Below, piece by piece: positions 51,718 to 60,820 of a stretch of DNA of 64,000 nt. Under the pieces are notes generated by a model that searched no databases, was not told the DNA's origin, and was given only the letters and a program-made list of their open reading frames with translations. The translations under genes and the position numbers were made by a program. Origin of the DNA: Gammaproteobacteria bacterium (GTDB taxonomy: Bacteria; Pseudomonadota; Gammaproteobacteria; Pseudomonadales; Azotimanducaceae); assembly GCA_002684495.1 (NCBI GenBank), contig NYVG01000014.1, positions 40,326 through 104,325 of the forward strand, given 5' to 3'. Position 1 is the stretch's first letter; each line of letters begins with the position of its first letter.

Positions 51718-53811
51718 TTATGGCAGGACTCGTCGATCTCCCATAACGTCTTTTGCTGATTCGTCGGCGGGGTGATACTGGATCGGCGAGGACCAAGCTC
51801 GCTCCTGCAAAGTGGCCGCCAGATCAGAACGAGGCTGAGTGCCGGCGTATAGAGCATCCCAAGTATTCCAACGACATGTCGGGTTCTCCAACACGCGCGC
51901 GTAGTAAAACGAACGTTGGTTTGCGTCAAACTCCGTATCAGTCCAAACCGTGCGCAGCTCTGAAGCACCAGTATCAGCGCTTGTGCTGCAATCGCCTAAA
52001 TCTACCGTCGCTCCATTTTCTGGGCAGCGATTTGTCCTAGGGTCTACTGCGACGCCACCGGCACAAGCCACGTCGATAACTCTTTCATGAGTTTTACCTT
52101 CCACATCGATCCAGCCTTTAATTATTTGCAGTCGCTGCAGCGGGGCACTGTCGGCGTCCGCCTGAGCCCAAACCGCAAATTTCGGGGCCGCATCCGCTGA
52201 TATTTTTTCGTCGGCCATGTCTGGAGACAAATCAGCCCCCATGGTGACGCCATCAGCGTAGGCTCGTGCAACTCCATCCGAAGTATCTAGTAAGTTGTCC
52301 GGGAAACCATATCCTGCAAAAAACCTGATTCGGATACGAGGACCAGAGGTACCAAAGGTTTCTTTGCGACGGAAGGCCGCGTAAATTGCTTCGCGCGTAT
52401 TTTCTTCAGCCCAAACGCCAGCTAAACCTGACGCCCCAAATTCTTGCTGCGAAGTAACAAAACTCTCGCCGTCAACTTTCGCCACCGACTGCCCAGGAAT
52501 AACATTTAAGACAGTGCTATCTATGAAGCCCAAAGGGACAGAACCACGCATATCAGCAGTTGCCGATAAGACTCCTAGTTTAGAAGTAAAGCTGGCTTCA
52601 TCGTATTGAGTGCCCGCCGTATGGGTATCACTTGAGCCGATCACGCCAAACGCGAAAGGATTAGTAATCCCCTGGCCGGCTAATTCTAAACCGTTCAGCC
52701 AAGCCTCTCGAACGTAGCTGCCTTGGACTTTGCTGGGCCTAGGATTGCCCATTCCCCCACCACGGGTGCTTACTAATTCAAAGCCTGCCCACTCATCACG
52801 ACTAGACAGCACAGGGTGCGTTTCTGAAGTGCCTTTTATCTGCGTAATCTCCACCAATGGTTCATTACGAATACGCTTCACGGCGTATTCATCATCCAGC
52901 GGGTTACCTGCCCAGTCTCTTAGGGAAAACATATCTCCGTTAGATTTGTTTGAGTTATGCGGTATCGCTAAGGATTCAACTCCAGCTGCCCGAAGGGTGT
53001 CCATCCAATCCCACAGGTCTTCGGGATTTCTGGAGTGCATTCGCGAAAATGGTTCCTCTGGGACTCGATCGCTACCTTCAAAGACCACGTTTCGATGCAG
53101 ACTTCCCGCATCGGTCGTAGTAGACGTGTACTCGTAAGCTACAAAGGTAGTAAATTGGCCTGGGTCGTTATGCATGTCCGCTGCCCTGATGGAATCTGCC
53201 CAAGCGCTTCTGGTTATTTCCAGCGGCTCCTCCAGATCAAGATCCCCATCAACAATCGCTAGCGCTAACGTTCGACCTATGCCAAAAGCGCGAACACGAT
53301 CCAATATGTTAAAAATTCCAGTGTTACCCGGCTCATTCAAGTCATGCATTATTGACGCGAAAGAATACTTAGAAAAATTAGTAGTGGTATCAGCGGCAAC
53401 CGATGCAACCCCTAAGAAAAAACCGTGGTCTGTAACCGCATAAAAATCGAGCGGCTTCTTTAACTGCATATCGAAACCTGCCGGATGTCTCAGAGGTTTT
53501 CCCTTTGCAAATCGGTATGCGTCATCAGGCGTTGCCACAGTCCCGAAGGCATAGGCATCGAAAGAATATTTTGTATGTACATGGACGTCACCAAAATACG
53601 CACTAAGTTCTTTGCGATGAGCGTGATTGTCAGAGTCTGCAGCACGTTGAACTTCCAGACCTGCTGTTTTCCGCTCCACAATATCGTAGTTAGTTGGGAA
53701 TATTGACTGAGCCAGTGCAGATCGCTGAGCCTCGTTGGGCTCGTTCGCACCCCCACACGCCACTATAAAAATAGTCAACGCAATCAGAATAGATGACGTT
53801 CGAATTTTCAC
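51718..53811 (-). CDS. DUF3604 family lipoprotein, copy 2
   Basis: Lipobox IVAC; FGDVHVHTKYSFDA, DFYAVTDH, AYEY, LHRNVVF, IPHNSN, GSSDTH, YYARVLENPTCRW, QERAWSSPI. Confidence 0.9.
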   Translation of the reverse strand: MKIRTSSILIALTIFIVACGGANEPNEAQRSALAQSIFPTNYDIVERKTAGLEVQRAADSDNHAHRKELSAYFGDVHVHTKYSFDAYAFGTVATPDDAYRFAKGKPLRHPAGFDMQLKKPLDFYAVTDHGFFLGVASVAADTTTNFSKYSFASIMHDLNEPGNTGIFNILDRVRAFGIGRTLALAIVDGDLDLEEPLEITRSAWADSIRAADMHNDPGQFTTFVAYEYTSTTTDAGSLHRNVVFEGSDRVPEEPFSRMHSRNPEDLWDWMDTLRAAGVESLAIPHNSNKSNGDMFSLRDWAGNPLDDEYAVKRIRNEPLVEITQIKGTSETHPVLSSRDEWAGFELVSTRGGGMGNPRPSKVQGSYVREAWLNGLELAGQGITNPFAFGVIGSSDTHTAGTQYDEASFTSKLGVLSATADMRGSVPLGFIDSTVLNVIPGQSVAKVDGESFVTSQQEFGASGLAGVWAEENTREAIYAAFRRKETFGTSGPRIRIRFFAGYGFPDNLLDTSDGVARAYADGVTMGADLSPDMADEKISADAAPKFAVWAQADADSAPLQRLQIIKGWIDVEGKTHERVIDVACAGGVAVDPRTNRCPENGATVDLGDCSTSADTGASELRTVWTDTEFDANQRSFYYARVLENPTCRWNTWDALYAGTQPRSDLAATLQERAWSSPIQYHPADESAKDVMGDRRVLP

Positions 53812-54011
53812 AAATGCTTTCCTTTTCTTTGTGGAGTTCTTTGATTTAGCAAATTCGCGACCGCCTAATTAAGTGTCGCCCCGCCTCTCATGATAATACC
53901 CGTTCTATAGCTAAAGCGTGCAAAGAAGATCCCGCGGCTTCTCACGGTGTACTCATTAATCTCGTTGAGGGATGTACCTGCGACGGCTAGAGCGCGAGAT
54001 GAAACCCGCTT

Positions 54012-54352
54012 TCAATTTCCTTCCTGAAACATCGGATATTCGGCCTCGTTCCAAAATACCTTACCAGATGGCCCGCCTTTGGCAAAAGACGCCAGCATTT
54101 TAGCGGTTGGATAAGTTGCCGAGGGCTCTTGGATGTGATCCATATCCTTACCCCAATTAGCTGTTCGGGTTGGTCCTGGAATCAGCATATTAATCAATAT
54201 GTTCGTATCCTGAAGCTCGGCGGCGGCTACCCTCGACGCGGACCACATGCCCGCTTTCGCGGCGGCATATGCGGATGTACCTACGGTGTCATATTCTGCG
54301 TTGCGTGAAATAGTGTTGATGATGCGCCCGAAATTTTGTGTCCGCAGATGAG
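54012..54352 (-). pseudogene. Truncated SDR remnant (C-terminal half)
   Basis: In-frame extension upstream of the listed ORF reads HLRTQNFGRIINTISRNAEYDTVGTSAYAAAKAGMW...INMLIPGPTRT. No glycine-rich N-terminal motif seen upstream. Confidence 0.7.
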
Positions 54353-54786
54353 TGCACCAACAGGTACATAGCCGCCATTGTTTTCTATTGACGTTGTGAG
54401 GTCGAAACCCGTTTCATAACGTGGCGGGCTCCGGCTGTGACCACTTCACCACCAGTGAATGCGCGCGTACTTGGCGTTTACGCTAGGCACGACCGGACTG
54501 CGCTGCGTGTCATTCAAAGAATTTTGTCGGGGCAGTATTTGAAGGACCGAGCCTCGGCTGCGGCCACGACGAATAAATGACAGATGGCATGTTCACTCTC
54601 GTGGACGTCGCACTTACAACATGTTTCGTTAATTTAAATCCCGCCGGTTTGAGCGTCGATACAACACGCAGGCCAGCATTTAAAGCATATGCAGGCCGCA
54701 TAAATGCTCCACCGTTCTATGCACCGATTGTCGCGGACGATCCTGGACAAAGTATTTGCCGGACTATATCTCGATTTCCCGAGTTT

Positions 54787-55191
54787 CTAGACTTTGGTTT
54801 CAATGTTGAGTTGCCCTTCCAGACCAGCAATTCGATGTATCGCGCTTTTTTGGTATTCAGGATCACTGGTCATCTCGACCATCGCTTTCATGTTAGGGTA
54901 TCTAACAATAGCGATCTTATCCCAAAGGTCTTCTACTTCTCCCAGCATCAAGCGGCTTACCTCGCCGTCGAACACAAGATGCCCGCCCACTCTTTCAATA
55001 TGACCCTGAACCTCAGCACTGTAAATTGCGTAGGCCTCGCGCCCGGTAAGGCTCGTCTCACGACCGTCTTCATATTGAGCCTTATCTTTAAATTTAAGCA
55101 GGTTCACCATATGAATTGGTACGTCCGCATCAGCCGCCATAAAGCCACTTATTTGCTTTTCATTTGGCGCTACTTTGTTTTCGACCTTCAT
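54787..55191 (-). CDS. DUF1330 domain protein
   Basis: PIHMVNLLKFK, TGREAYAIY, WDKIAIVRYP, EYQKSAIHRIAGL; AAGGAG RBS. Confidence 0.88.
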   Translation of the reverse strand: MKVENKVAPNEKQISGFMAADADVPIHMVNLLKFKDKAQYEDGRETSLTGREAYAIYSAEVQGHIERVGGHLVFDGEVSRLMLGEVEDLWDKIAIVRYPNMKAMVEMTSDPEYQKSAIHRIAGLEGQLNIETKV

Positions 55192-55220
55192 AGGTCTGCT
55201 CCTTTAGGCTGTGCTTAAAT

Positions 55221-56906
55221 TCAGTTGTACCAGTACACTGGCACATCAGACTCATCCAATGGTTCATTCAGGTGCTTATCTGGGTACAGAGGACCCTTAA
55301 CCAGCGGGCCCCGCATTGGTACGGCCCAGTCACGCACTCCCGCCTCAAGCAACTGCTTCAATCGAGCGAGCTGTTTTGGTTGACTCGCCGCTAGGTTGCG
55401 TTGCTCCGTCGGATCGACCGCCAAGTTGTAAAGGAACGCTGTCTCATCAGGATCGCTAAGCTGTAGCTTCCAGTCGCCGCTACGAACCGTGCGATAGTTA
55501 CCGGTACGCCAAAACAACGCTTCATGAGGCTCACCACTGATTTCTCCATTCACGTACGGTAAGAGATCAACGCCGTCGATCTCTCGATCTGCCGGTACCG
55601 CGACGTTCGCCGCTGCGGCCGCAGTGCTAAAAATATCGATGTGCGATACCGGGCGTTGATACTTACTGCCCGCTGCAATGCGATCAGGCCAGCGCATGAA
55701 GAACGGTACATGGGTTCCGCCTTCGAAAAAGGTCATCTTCCATCCCCGGTATGGAGCGTTCAAGTCTGGCAGGCCAACATAGTCGGCCCCGCCATTGTCA
55801 CTGGAAAATATGATTAGGGTATTGTCATCAATACCTTCTGCTTTCAAAGCTGCCATTACCCTGCCGATTCCGCGATCAAGCGACGCAATCATGGCACCGT
55901 ACACTCGCTCGGTATGATTATTGATCATGGGTAATGCGTCGTAGTCTGATTTGCGCGCGTGCAGCGGCGTATGAGGCGCGTTATAGGATAGGTAAAGTAG
56001 AAACGGTCTATGTTTGTTGGCTTGGATCGCTCTCACAGCCTGGATGCTAAGATAATCCGTCATATATTCATCGGGCGCAAAGTGTTGTTCTTTGTTGTAC
56101 CGCACCGCAAAGGTAAGGTTTGGCCAAAGGAATTGATCGATGGGATCAAACTCTTGAATCGATTTCACCATCCGAGGATCATCAAACTCAGCGAACATCG
56201 CGGCGCCTGAGAGAAAACCGAGAAACTCATCAAACCCCTGATCATTGGGCGTGTGCCCCTCGTTTTGGCCAAGATGCCACTTACCCAGAATCATGGAGTG
56301 ATAACCGCCCTCTGCCAAAAGTTCGGGTAACAGGATTTCACTTGCGGGTACGCTTTGCTCCTCCAGCGGAGGAAATTCCGCCAAGTTCTCTTCAAGAAAG
56401 AACCCTGGATGCAATTGCTCCCGGTGAGGTTCAAAACTGTAGGCCATCCGCATCATCTCCGCCGGTGCAGGGGTAAACTCAAACCCATATCTCGTCGGAT
56501 AACGCCCTGTCAGGAGTGCCGCACGGGAGGGCGCACACGTAGCATTACCTGCATAACCATTGCTGAAGTGGACGCCTTCTGCAGCGATGCGATCAATATT
56601 TGGTGTTTGAACCGCGCCTCCGCCGACCCCGCCGCCGTAAAATGAAATGTCGTTCCAACCCAAATCGTCGGCTAGGATGACAATAATATTGGGCGGACGC
56701 GCGTTATCATCATCCAGCGTAGGTGGCGGCGCCGTCCAGTCCACAGGTTGGGTGGTTAATATCGGCTCTGCGAGTTTCGTCAGATATCCCATGGCTCCAT
56801 AGGCTGCAGCCCAGCTCATCAGCGCAAAACGGTTTACAAAAATCACGCCGATAACAATCCCGAGGACCACAGCACCAGTGATAAGTTTTTTCGTTATTCC
56901 ATTCAT
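55221..56906 (-). CDS. Cys-type (formylglycine-dependent) sulfatase, N-terminally anchored
   Basis: PNIIVILADDLG, CAPSRAALLTGR, GKWHLG, NAPHTP, SSDNG, EGGTHVP. Confidence 0.93.
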   Translation of the reverse strand: MNGITKKLITGAVVLGIVIGVIFVNRFALMSWAAAYGAMGYLTKLAEPILTTQPVDWTAPPPTLDDDNARPPNIIVILADDLGWNDISFYGGGVGGGAVQTPNIDRIAAEGVHFSNGYAGNATCAPSRAALLTGRYPTRYGFEFTPAPAEMMRMAYSFEPHREQLHPGFFLEENLAEFPPLEEQSVPASEILLPELLAEGGYHSMILGKWHLGQNEGHTPNDQGFDEFLGFLSGAAMFAEFDDPRMVKSIQEFDPIDQFLWPNLTFAVRYNKEQHFAPDEYMTDYLSIQAVRAIQANKHRPFLLYLSYNAPHTPLHARKSDYDALPMINNHTERVYGAMIASLDRGIGRVMAALKAEGIDDNTLIIFSSDNGGADYVGLPDLNAPYRGWKMTFFEGGTHVPFFMRWPDRIAAGSKYQRPVSHIDIFSTAAAAANVAVPADREIDGVDLLPYVNGEISGEPHEALFWRTGNYRTVRSGDWKLQLSDPDETAFLYNLAVDPTEQRNLAASQPKQLARLKQLLEAGVRDWAVPMRGPLVKGPLYPDKHLNEPLDESDVPVYWYN

Positions 56907-57553
56907 ATCGACCTCCTAGCCGAGAACAACCAACTCAACCCGCAGCCAATCAATCCAAGCAGCAGTGCTAGGACCAGCCGGGGATCACCAAGATAATTAA
57001 ACGGATCAACAGGAAACGCGATAGTCTTGAGCATCGCCGCAACCTTGAACTCATGTCTGCCAGCAAAGGCTGGATTAGTACCAATTTCTAGTAGATCCCG
57101 ACGACTGCGATAACGCACCCCGGCACCAGCACTCCAGATCTCCATCCCCTTAGCGTTCATGATATCCATCGCAGGCGACACGGCCGGCCCTTGAAACACA
57201 GGGTGGCTTGCCCGGGATAGCATGGCTGGGAACATGTACTCCATATACTTGGCGAGTACATCGTCAGTAGTGTCATCCGGCGCCACACCATCGATCTGCA
57301 GGGGGGTATCGTAAAGATGAACGACGTTGATCATGACAAAATCATCGCCAGTGTCCTCCTCCATGAAGGCTCGAATCCTAGCCAAGTCTTCGGCCGATGA
57401 ATCCGGATCTTGTGCCTTGGACAATTCCAGATAATGTCCTATCTCCGCCTCGGTCAGTGGCCCCTCAAATGAGGTATACCAGCTGAAAAACGTCAGGTAG
57501 ATCACAACGATGACGAGCCATACCCATGTTGTTGTAGTCATGATTTTCCTCAT
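56903..57553 (-). CDS. Membrane-anchored DUF1330-like protein
   Basis: TM at both ends; DFVMINVV, KYMEY, W...VRYRSRRDLL, HEFKVAA; ATGA overlap with the sulfatase. Confidence 0.7.
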   Translation of the reverse strand: MRKIMTTTTWVWLVIVVIYLTFFSWYTSFEGPLTEAEIGHYLELSKAQDPDSSAEDLARIRAFMEEDTGDDFVMINVVHLYDTPLQIDGVAPDDTTDDVLAKYMEYMFPAMLSRASHPVFQGPAVSPAMDIMNAKGMEIWSAGAGVRYRSRRDLLEIGTNPAFAGRHEFKVAAMLKTIAFPVDPFNYLGDPRLVLALLLGLIGCGLSWLFSARRSI

Positions 57554-57559
57554 GCTTGT

Positions 57560-58405
57560 TTATTCCTCAGCGATGGGTTGCGTCGCAACAAGTCGCGTGC
57601 GCGCCAGACCCGCTTTCCGATATACGTGAGCTGCGCGGTAAGCTGGCCTGGCGTACATTGTCAACAGGGCCTGAGTCGACGGGTAGGTTGCGATGGCGAT
57701 TTCATGCCATTGCCCATCATCGGTGCCTGACAACTGTTTCGGCGCCGTGCTTCTCCAGACAATCCGCCCACCGACTGACGCCAGGGATGTGGCCATTCGG
57801 TCGCCGTATTCGGCGTACGCTTTGGCTCCTGAGATCGGCTTGGCAGAAGCATGTTCTGCATCGACCGCGAAGTTGGCCTCCTCGGTATACTCAAGGAAAT
57901 TCAGCATCCAGATCGGCTGGTTGTTACTGAGCTCAAGTTGTTCGGTCCAATTGCCCTCGTAGATACCTACCCCCTGGACAATATCCGCAGTTGCTACCAG
58001 GGATTGGATTTGTTGTTGGTCTTCATACATTGACGCGGCAGCGCGATTAAACAGTCCCAGCGTAAAGAGCACCGCGTTATTAATCTTCAATACAAAAGGC
58101 ATAATCGGCTGCGTGGCATAGGTTCGGTGTGCGAATTGATCCGCCCATTCCTTGCGAGCGGCGAAGGCGGCTTCTCCGGCCTCCGTTGTCGGATACCAAG
58201 TTATAACCAGCAAATCGGTTGCACGATCGGACTCCAATGCTCTCTCATCAGGAATGAACATTGGCGGGAGTACTTTGTTTGCCAGCGCCAGGCGTCCTCC
58301 GACAGCGTTGGCCAACTGCGAAGCCTTTCTGACAAAATCACGTTGCAAAGTGGGCGTCTTTGCTCCAACCAAGTCAAGCAGCGCATAAGGTTTCGGCCTT
58401 GTCAT
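57560..58405 (-). CDS. Two-domain DUF1330-like protein
   Basis: C-domain PIWMLNFLEY, SGAKAYAEY, VGGRIVW, WHEIAIATYP, YRAAHVYRKAGL; degenerate N-domain with VGGRL and ITWYP. Confidence 0.8.
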   Translation of the reverse strand: MTRPKPYALLDLVGAKTPTLQRDFVRKASQLANAVGGRLALANKVLPPMFIPDERALESDRATDLLVITWYPTTEAGEAAFAARKEWADQFAHRTYATQPIMPFVLKINNAVLFTLGLFNRAAASMYEDQQQIQSLVATADIVQGVGIYEGNWTEQLELSNNQPIWMLNFLEYTEEANFAVDAEHASAKPISGAKAYAEYGDRMATSLASVGGRIVWRSTAPKQLSGTDDGQWHEIAIATYPSTQALLTMYARPAYRAAHVYRKAGLARTRLVATQPIAEE

Positions 58406-58476
58406 AGTTCTGCGGCTCTAACGAATTCATTTTCGTTGCCATCTAGAACTATTTTTTTCGCTTTTTTTTCAGACAT
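58402..58476 (-). CDS. Small ORF MSEKKAKKIVLDGNENEFVRAAEL (24 aa), or frameshifted N-terminus of the downstream gene
   Basis: TAAGGAG RBS; its TGA overlaps ATG 58405 (ATGA). Not in the ORF track. Confidence 0.5.
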   Translation of the reverse strand: MSEKKAKKIVLDGNENEFVRAAEL

Positions 58477-58487
58477 GCACACTCTCC

Positions 58488-58532
58488 TTAAATCGCAATG
58501 ATTGTTAGCCAGGTACATCTTGTTGCGTTCAT
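58488..58532 (-). CDS. Small ORF MNATRCTWLTIIAI (14 aa)
   Basis: AAAAGGAG RBS 6 nt before ATG; its TAA forms part of the next RBS. Confidence 0.35.
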   Translation of the reverse strand: MNATRCTWLTIIAI

Positions 58533-58603
58533 GTTTTTCTCCTTTTGCCCCGCCAGAATAGAAAGATGACTATCCCGAATGTACCCAACATCGCACTCCG
58601 GGC

Positions 58604-59425
58604 TTAAATCGGGTCGCCACCAAGCACCGCTGGGCATTCGCAATACGTCGTCAGAATGAATCTCTGATGAGTCTCGATCCTCTTTGTGAGCTCCCGGGCA
58701 ATGTCTTGTATCTGGGAATTGGCCTCAAAATATCTCAGCATATGCCGGTTCTGCCGAGTAACCGGCATGATCTCCGCGGGAGGCGGAAGCACGCTCATAC
58801 TGAAGGTTGCCCAGTAGATATCGACGGCTGTGAGTGCATCGCCCACGAGATAGCTTGATCCGCGCTGCGCCTGGGCCTCGAGACGCGTATCGATCATGCC
58901 AATTATCTCAGCCATCTTGCCTGGGGCCGCGGCACTCGCCTCTTTGCTGTATCCATACTTTTGGCCTAACGGGCTATCGATAAGAATTCTCATGTTCCAG
59001 ATAAAACCGTCTTCCGCCAACAAGGTCGCACAAAGGCCAAATACCTCTAGACGCTGTTCGAAACCGCTCGGAATGAGCATCGGAGCATCATGCGCACCAA
59101 TCCTTTCAGCCAATGCGAGCTGTTCTATCCAGACGTTCCGCGGCCGCTCCTGTTCGTGAAACATGGTAGGCAAGCTAGTCTGAGCGGTAAGTGCATAAAG
59201 TTTTGCCTGCCGGTCCGCCCCCGTAGTTTCGTCGACGCCCATAGGCGGATGCAGCACCCTGGTCAGCGGTATACCTTTTACAAAGCAGATGTTTTTGAGA
59301 GCTTCGGAGAATATCGCCGGAATTCCCGGCACGAAGGTCACCCGAGTACCAGAGGTCATCGATGCCGCCTCATCGAGCGTTATGAACTCAGGGGGCTCTG
59401 TTTCTCTTGAATTTGTTTTAGACAT
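58604..59425 (-). CDS. Divergent glutathione S-transferase-like protein
   Basis: SEALKNICFVKGIP, QTSLPTM, YLVGDALTAVDIYWATF. Confidence 0.72.
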   Translation of the reverse strand: MSKTNSRETEPPEFITLDEAASMTSGTRVTFVPGIPAIFSEALKNICFVKGIPLTRVLHPPMGVDETTGADRQAKLYALTAQTSLPTMFHEQERPRNVWIEQLALAERIGAHDAPMLIPSGFEQRLEVFGLCATLLAEDGFIWNMRILIDSPLGQKYGYSKEASAAAPGKMAEIIGMIDTRLEAQAQRGSSYLVGDALTAVDIYWATFSMSVLPPPAEIMPVTRQNRHMLRYFEANSQIQDIARELTKRIETHQRFILTTYCECPAVLGGDPI

Positions 59426-59456
59426 GACGCGTTCTACTTCTCCCAGTTCATCAGTT

Positions 59457-60071
59457 TTAGTCCGGGTAATTACATATTCTCTGTGTACGGACTTCTGTGC
59501 CGTCGATGAACGTAAAGATCATCTCGTCACCACGCATCTCTCGGAATACTGTATCGAATAGGTCAAATAGTCGGAAAACCATCACGCCCTCCTCGTCAAA
59601 ATGGATTGCGGTGTTAAAGTTATTGCACGCCGCACCTACATCTTGCGCACCATTCTTAAGGGAACCGTCTGTACGGAAGTCGTGGATGACCCCATGCGCT
59701 GTTACCACGACCCGGTTCCCGCACTGCTCTATACGTTCGAGATGTCCAACTCGACCAGAAACGCCGAGCCAAAGGCCCCTCATGTCCACAACCCCCTCCG
59801 CAAGCGGTTCGGTGCATTCGGCTAAAATTGGCATAGGAATAGATTCGTAACCGCAATCAGGCGTGAACGCCTTCGGAATATCGTTTGCCGACTTTCCTGA
59901 GTCATCAAGAACAGGCAATTCACAGTAATTTAGCGAACCACCGTTTTGCAGGAATATCGCCGGATCAGTTGTGTCGGCAGGCCTTGGCAGCACGAAGGCG
60001 TAGACAAGAAGGCCACACACAAGGATAGCCATCACGCCGAACAGCCATTTCATAGCACTCAAGATCATCAC
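59457..60071 (-). CDS. Membrane-anchored hypothetical protein, paralog of 50977..51636
   Basis: N-terminal TM; same motifs and six aligned Cys; overlaps upstream GST by 4 bp. Confidence 0.85.
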   Translation of the reverse strand: MMILSAMKWLFGVMAILVCGLLVYAFVLPRPADTTDPAIFLQNGGSLNYCELPVLDDSGKSANDIPKAFTPDCGYESIPMPILAECTEPLAEGVVDMRGLWLGVSGRVGHLERIEQCGNRVVVTAHGVIHDFRTDGSLKNGAQDVGAACNNFNTAIHFDEEGVMVFRLFDLFDTVFREMRGDEMIFTFIDGTEVRTQRICNYPD

Positions 60072-60760
60072 TTAGGTCGATCCGAGGCCTCAGGTCTGAG
60101 CCGAGCAAATACACCCTCTAGATCAGCCTTGACGATGGGGGCATAGCAGGGTTGCAGATGCACACGCTGGATATAGCTCGCAAACTCAGGCCAACGATCC
60201 ATATCCACCACCCCGCCGGCCAGTGCGAAATTCACGAAGGGGCTCGCAATCGCAATATCGGCAATTGAGAATGCACCGCCGACCATGAATTCGTCGTTTC
60301 CTAGGCAACCAGTCAGGTAATCGAAGACCTCTGGCAGCGCGAATTCCAATAGATACGCGACCCGCTGTGCATCAGTTTCCTGATTTAATGCGGTGGGCCG
60401 TATAATTCGTTGGAAAAAGACGTCCGCCACGGTATCCCGCAACTTGGTGGCAGCGTATTCCTGAAACCAAAGCGCACGCGCTCGCGGGCCAGCTTGAGTA
60501 GGCAGAAGCGGCGGGGCTGGATAGCGATATTCCAAGTAACTCACTATCACGGAGGAATCTGGCAGAACTAGCTCACCTTCCTCCCAGCAGGGAATTTTGG
60601 ACAGCGGACTCTTTGCGACAAATTCCTTAGGCGCGCCGAACGGGCTCTGTTGAGTATTGTTGTATTCGATACCCTTGTAGGCGAGTACGACACGAACCTT
60701 GCGGACATAGGGAGATATATTAGCTCCGTGGAGGATGGGTAAAGATTCACTTACTGACAT
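60068..60760 (-). CDS. Glutathione S-transferase family protein
   Basis: ISPYVRKVRVVL, SPLSKIP, DSSVIVSYLE, FSIADIA. Confidence 0.92.
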   Translation of the reverse strand: MSVSESLPILHGANISPYVRKVRVVLAYKGIEYNNTQQSPFGAPKEFVAKSPLSKIPCWEEGELVLPDSSVIVSYLEYRYPAPPLLPTQAGPRARALWFQEYAATKLRDTVADVFFQRIIRPTALNQETDAQRVAYLLEFALPEVFDYLTGCLGNDEFMVGGAFSIADIAIASPFVNFALAGGVVDMDRWPEFASYIQRVHLQPCYAPIVKADLEGVFARLRPEASDRPK

Positions 60761-60820
60761 TTGGTTTCTCTCTCACGTATTTAAACTCTGAGCACCATTG
60801 ATCATATTTCTGATAGAGCA

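Noticed and set aside
54510-54701. 63 aa minus-strand ORF with GGAG upstream
   Set aside because: No recognisable features and it lies in a decayed segment; cannot be supported.
54577-55218. 213 aa plus-strand ORF
   Set aside because: Antisense shadow of the DUF1330 gene; no motifs.
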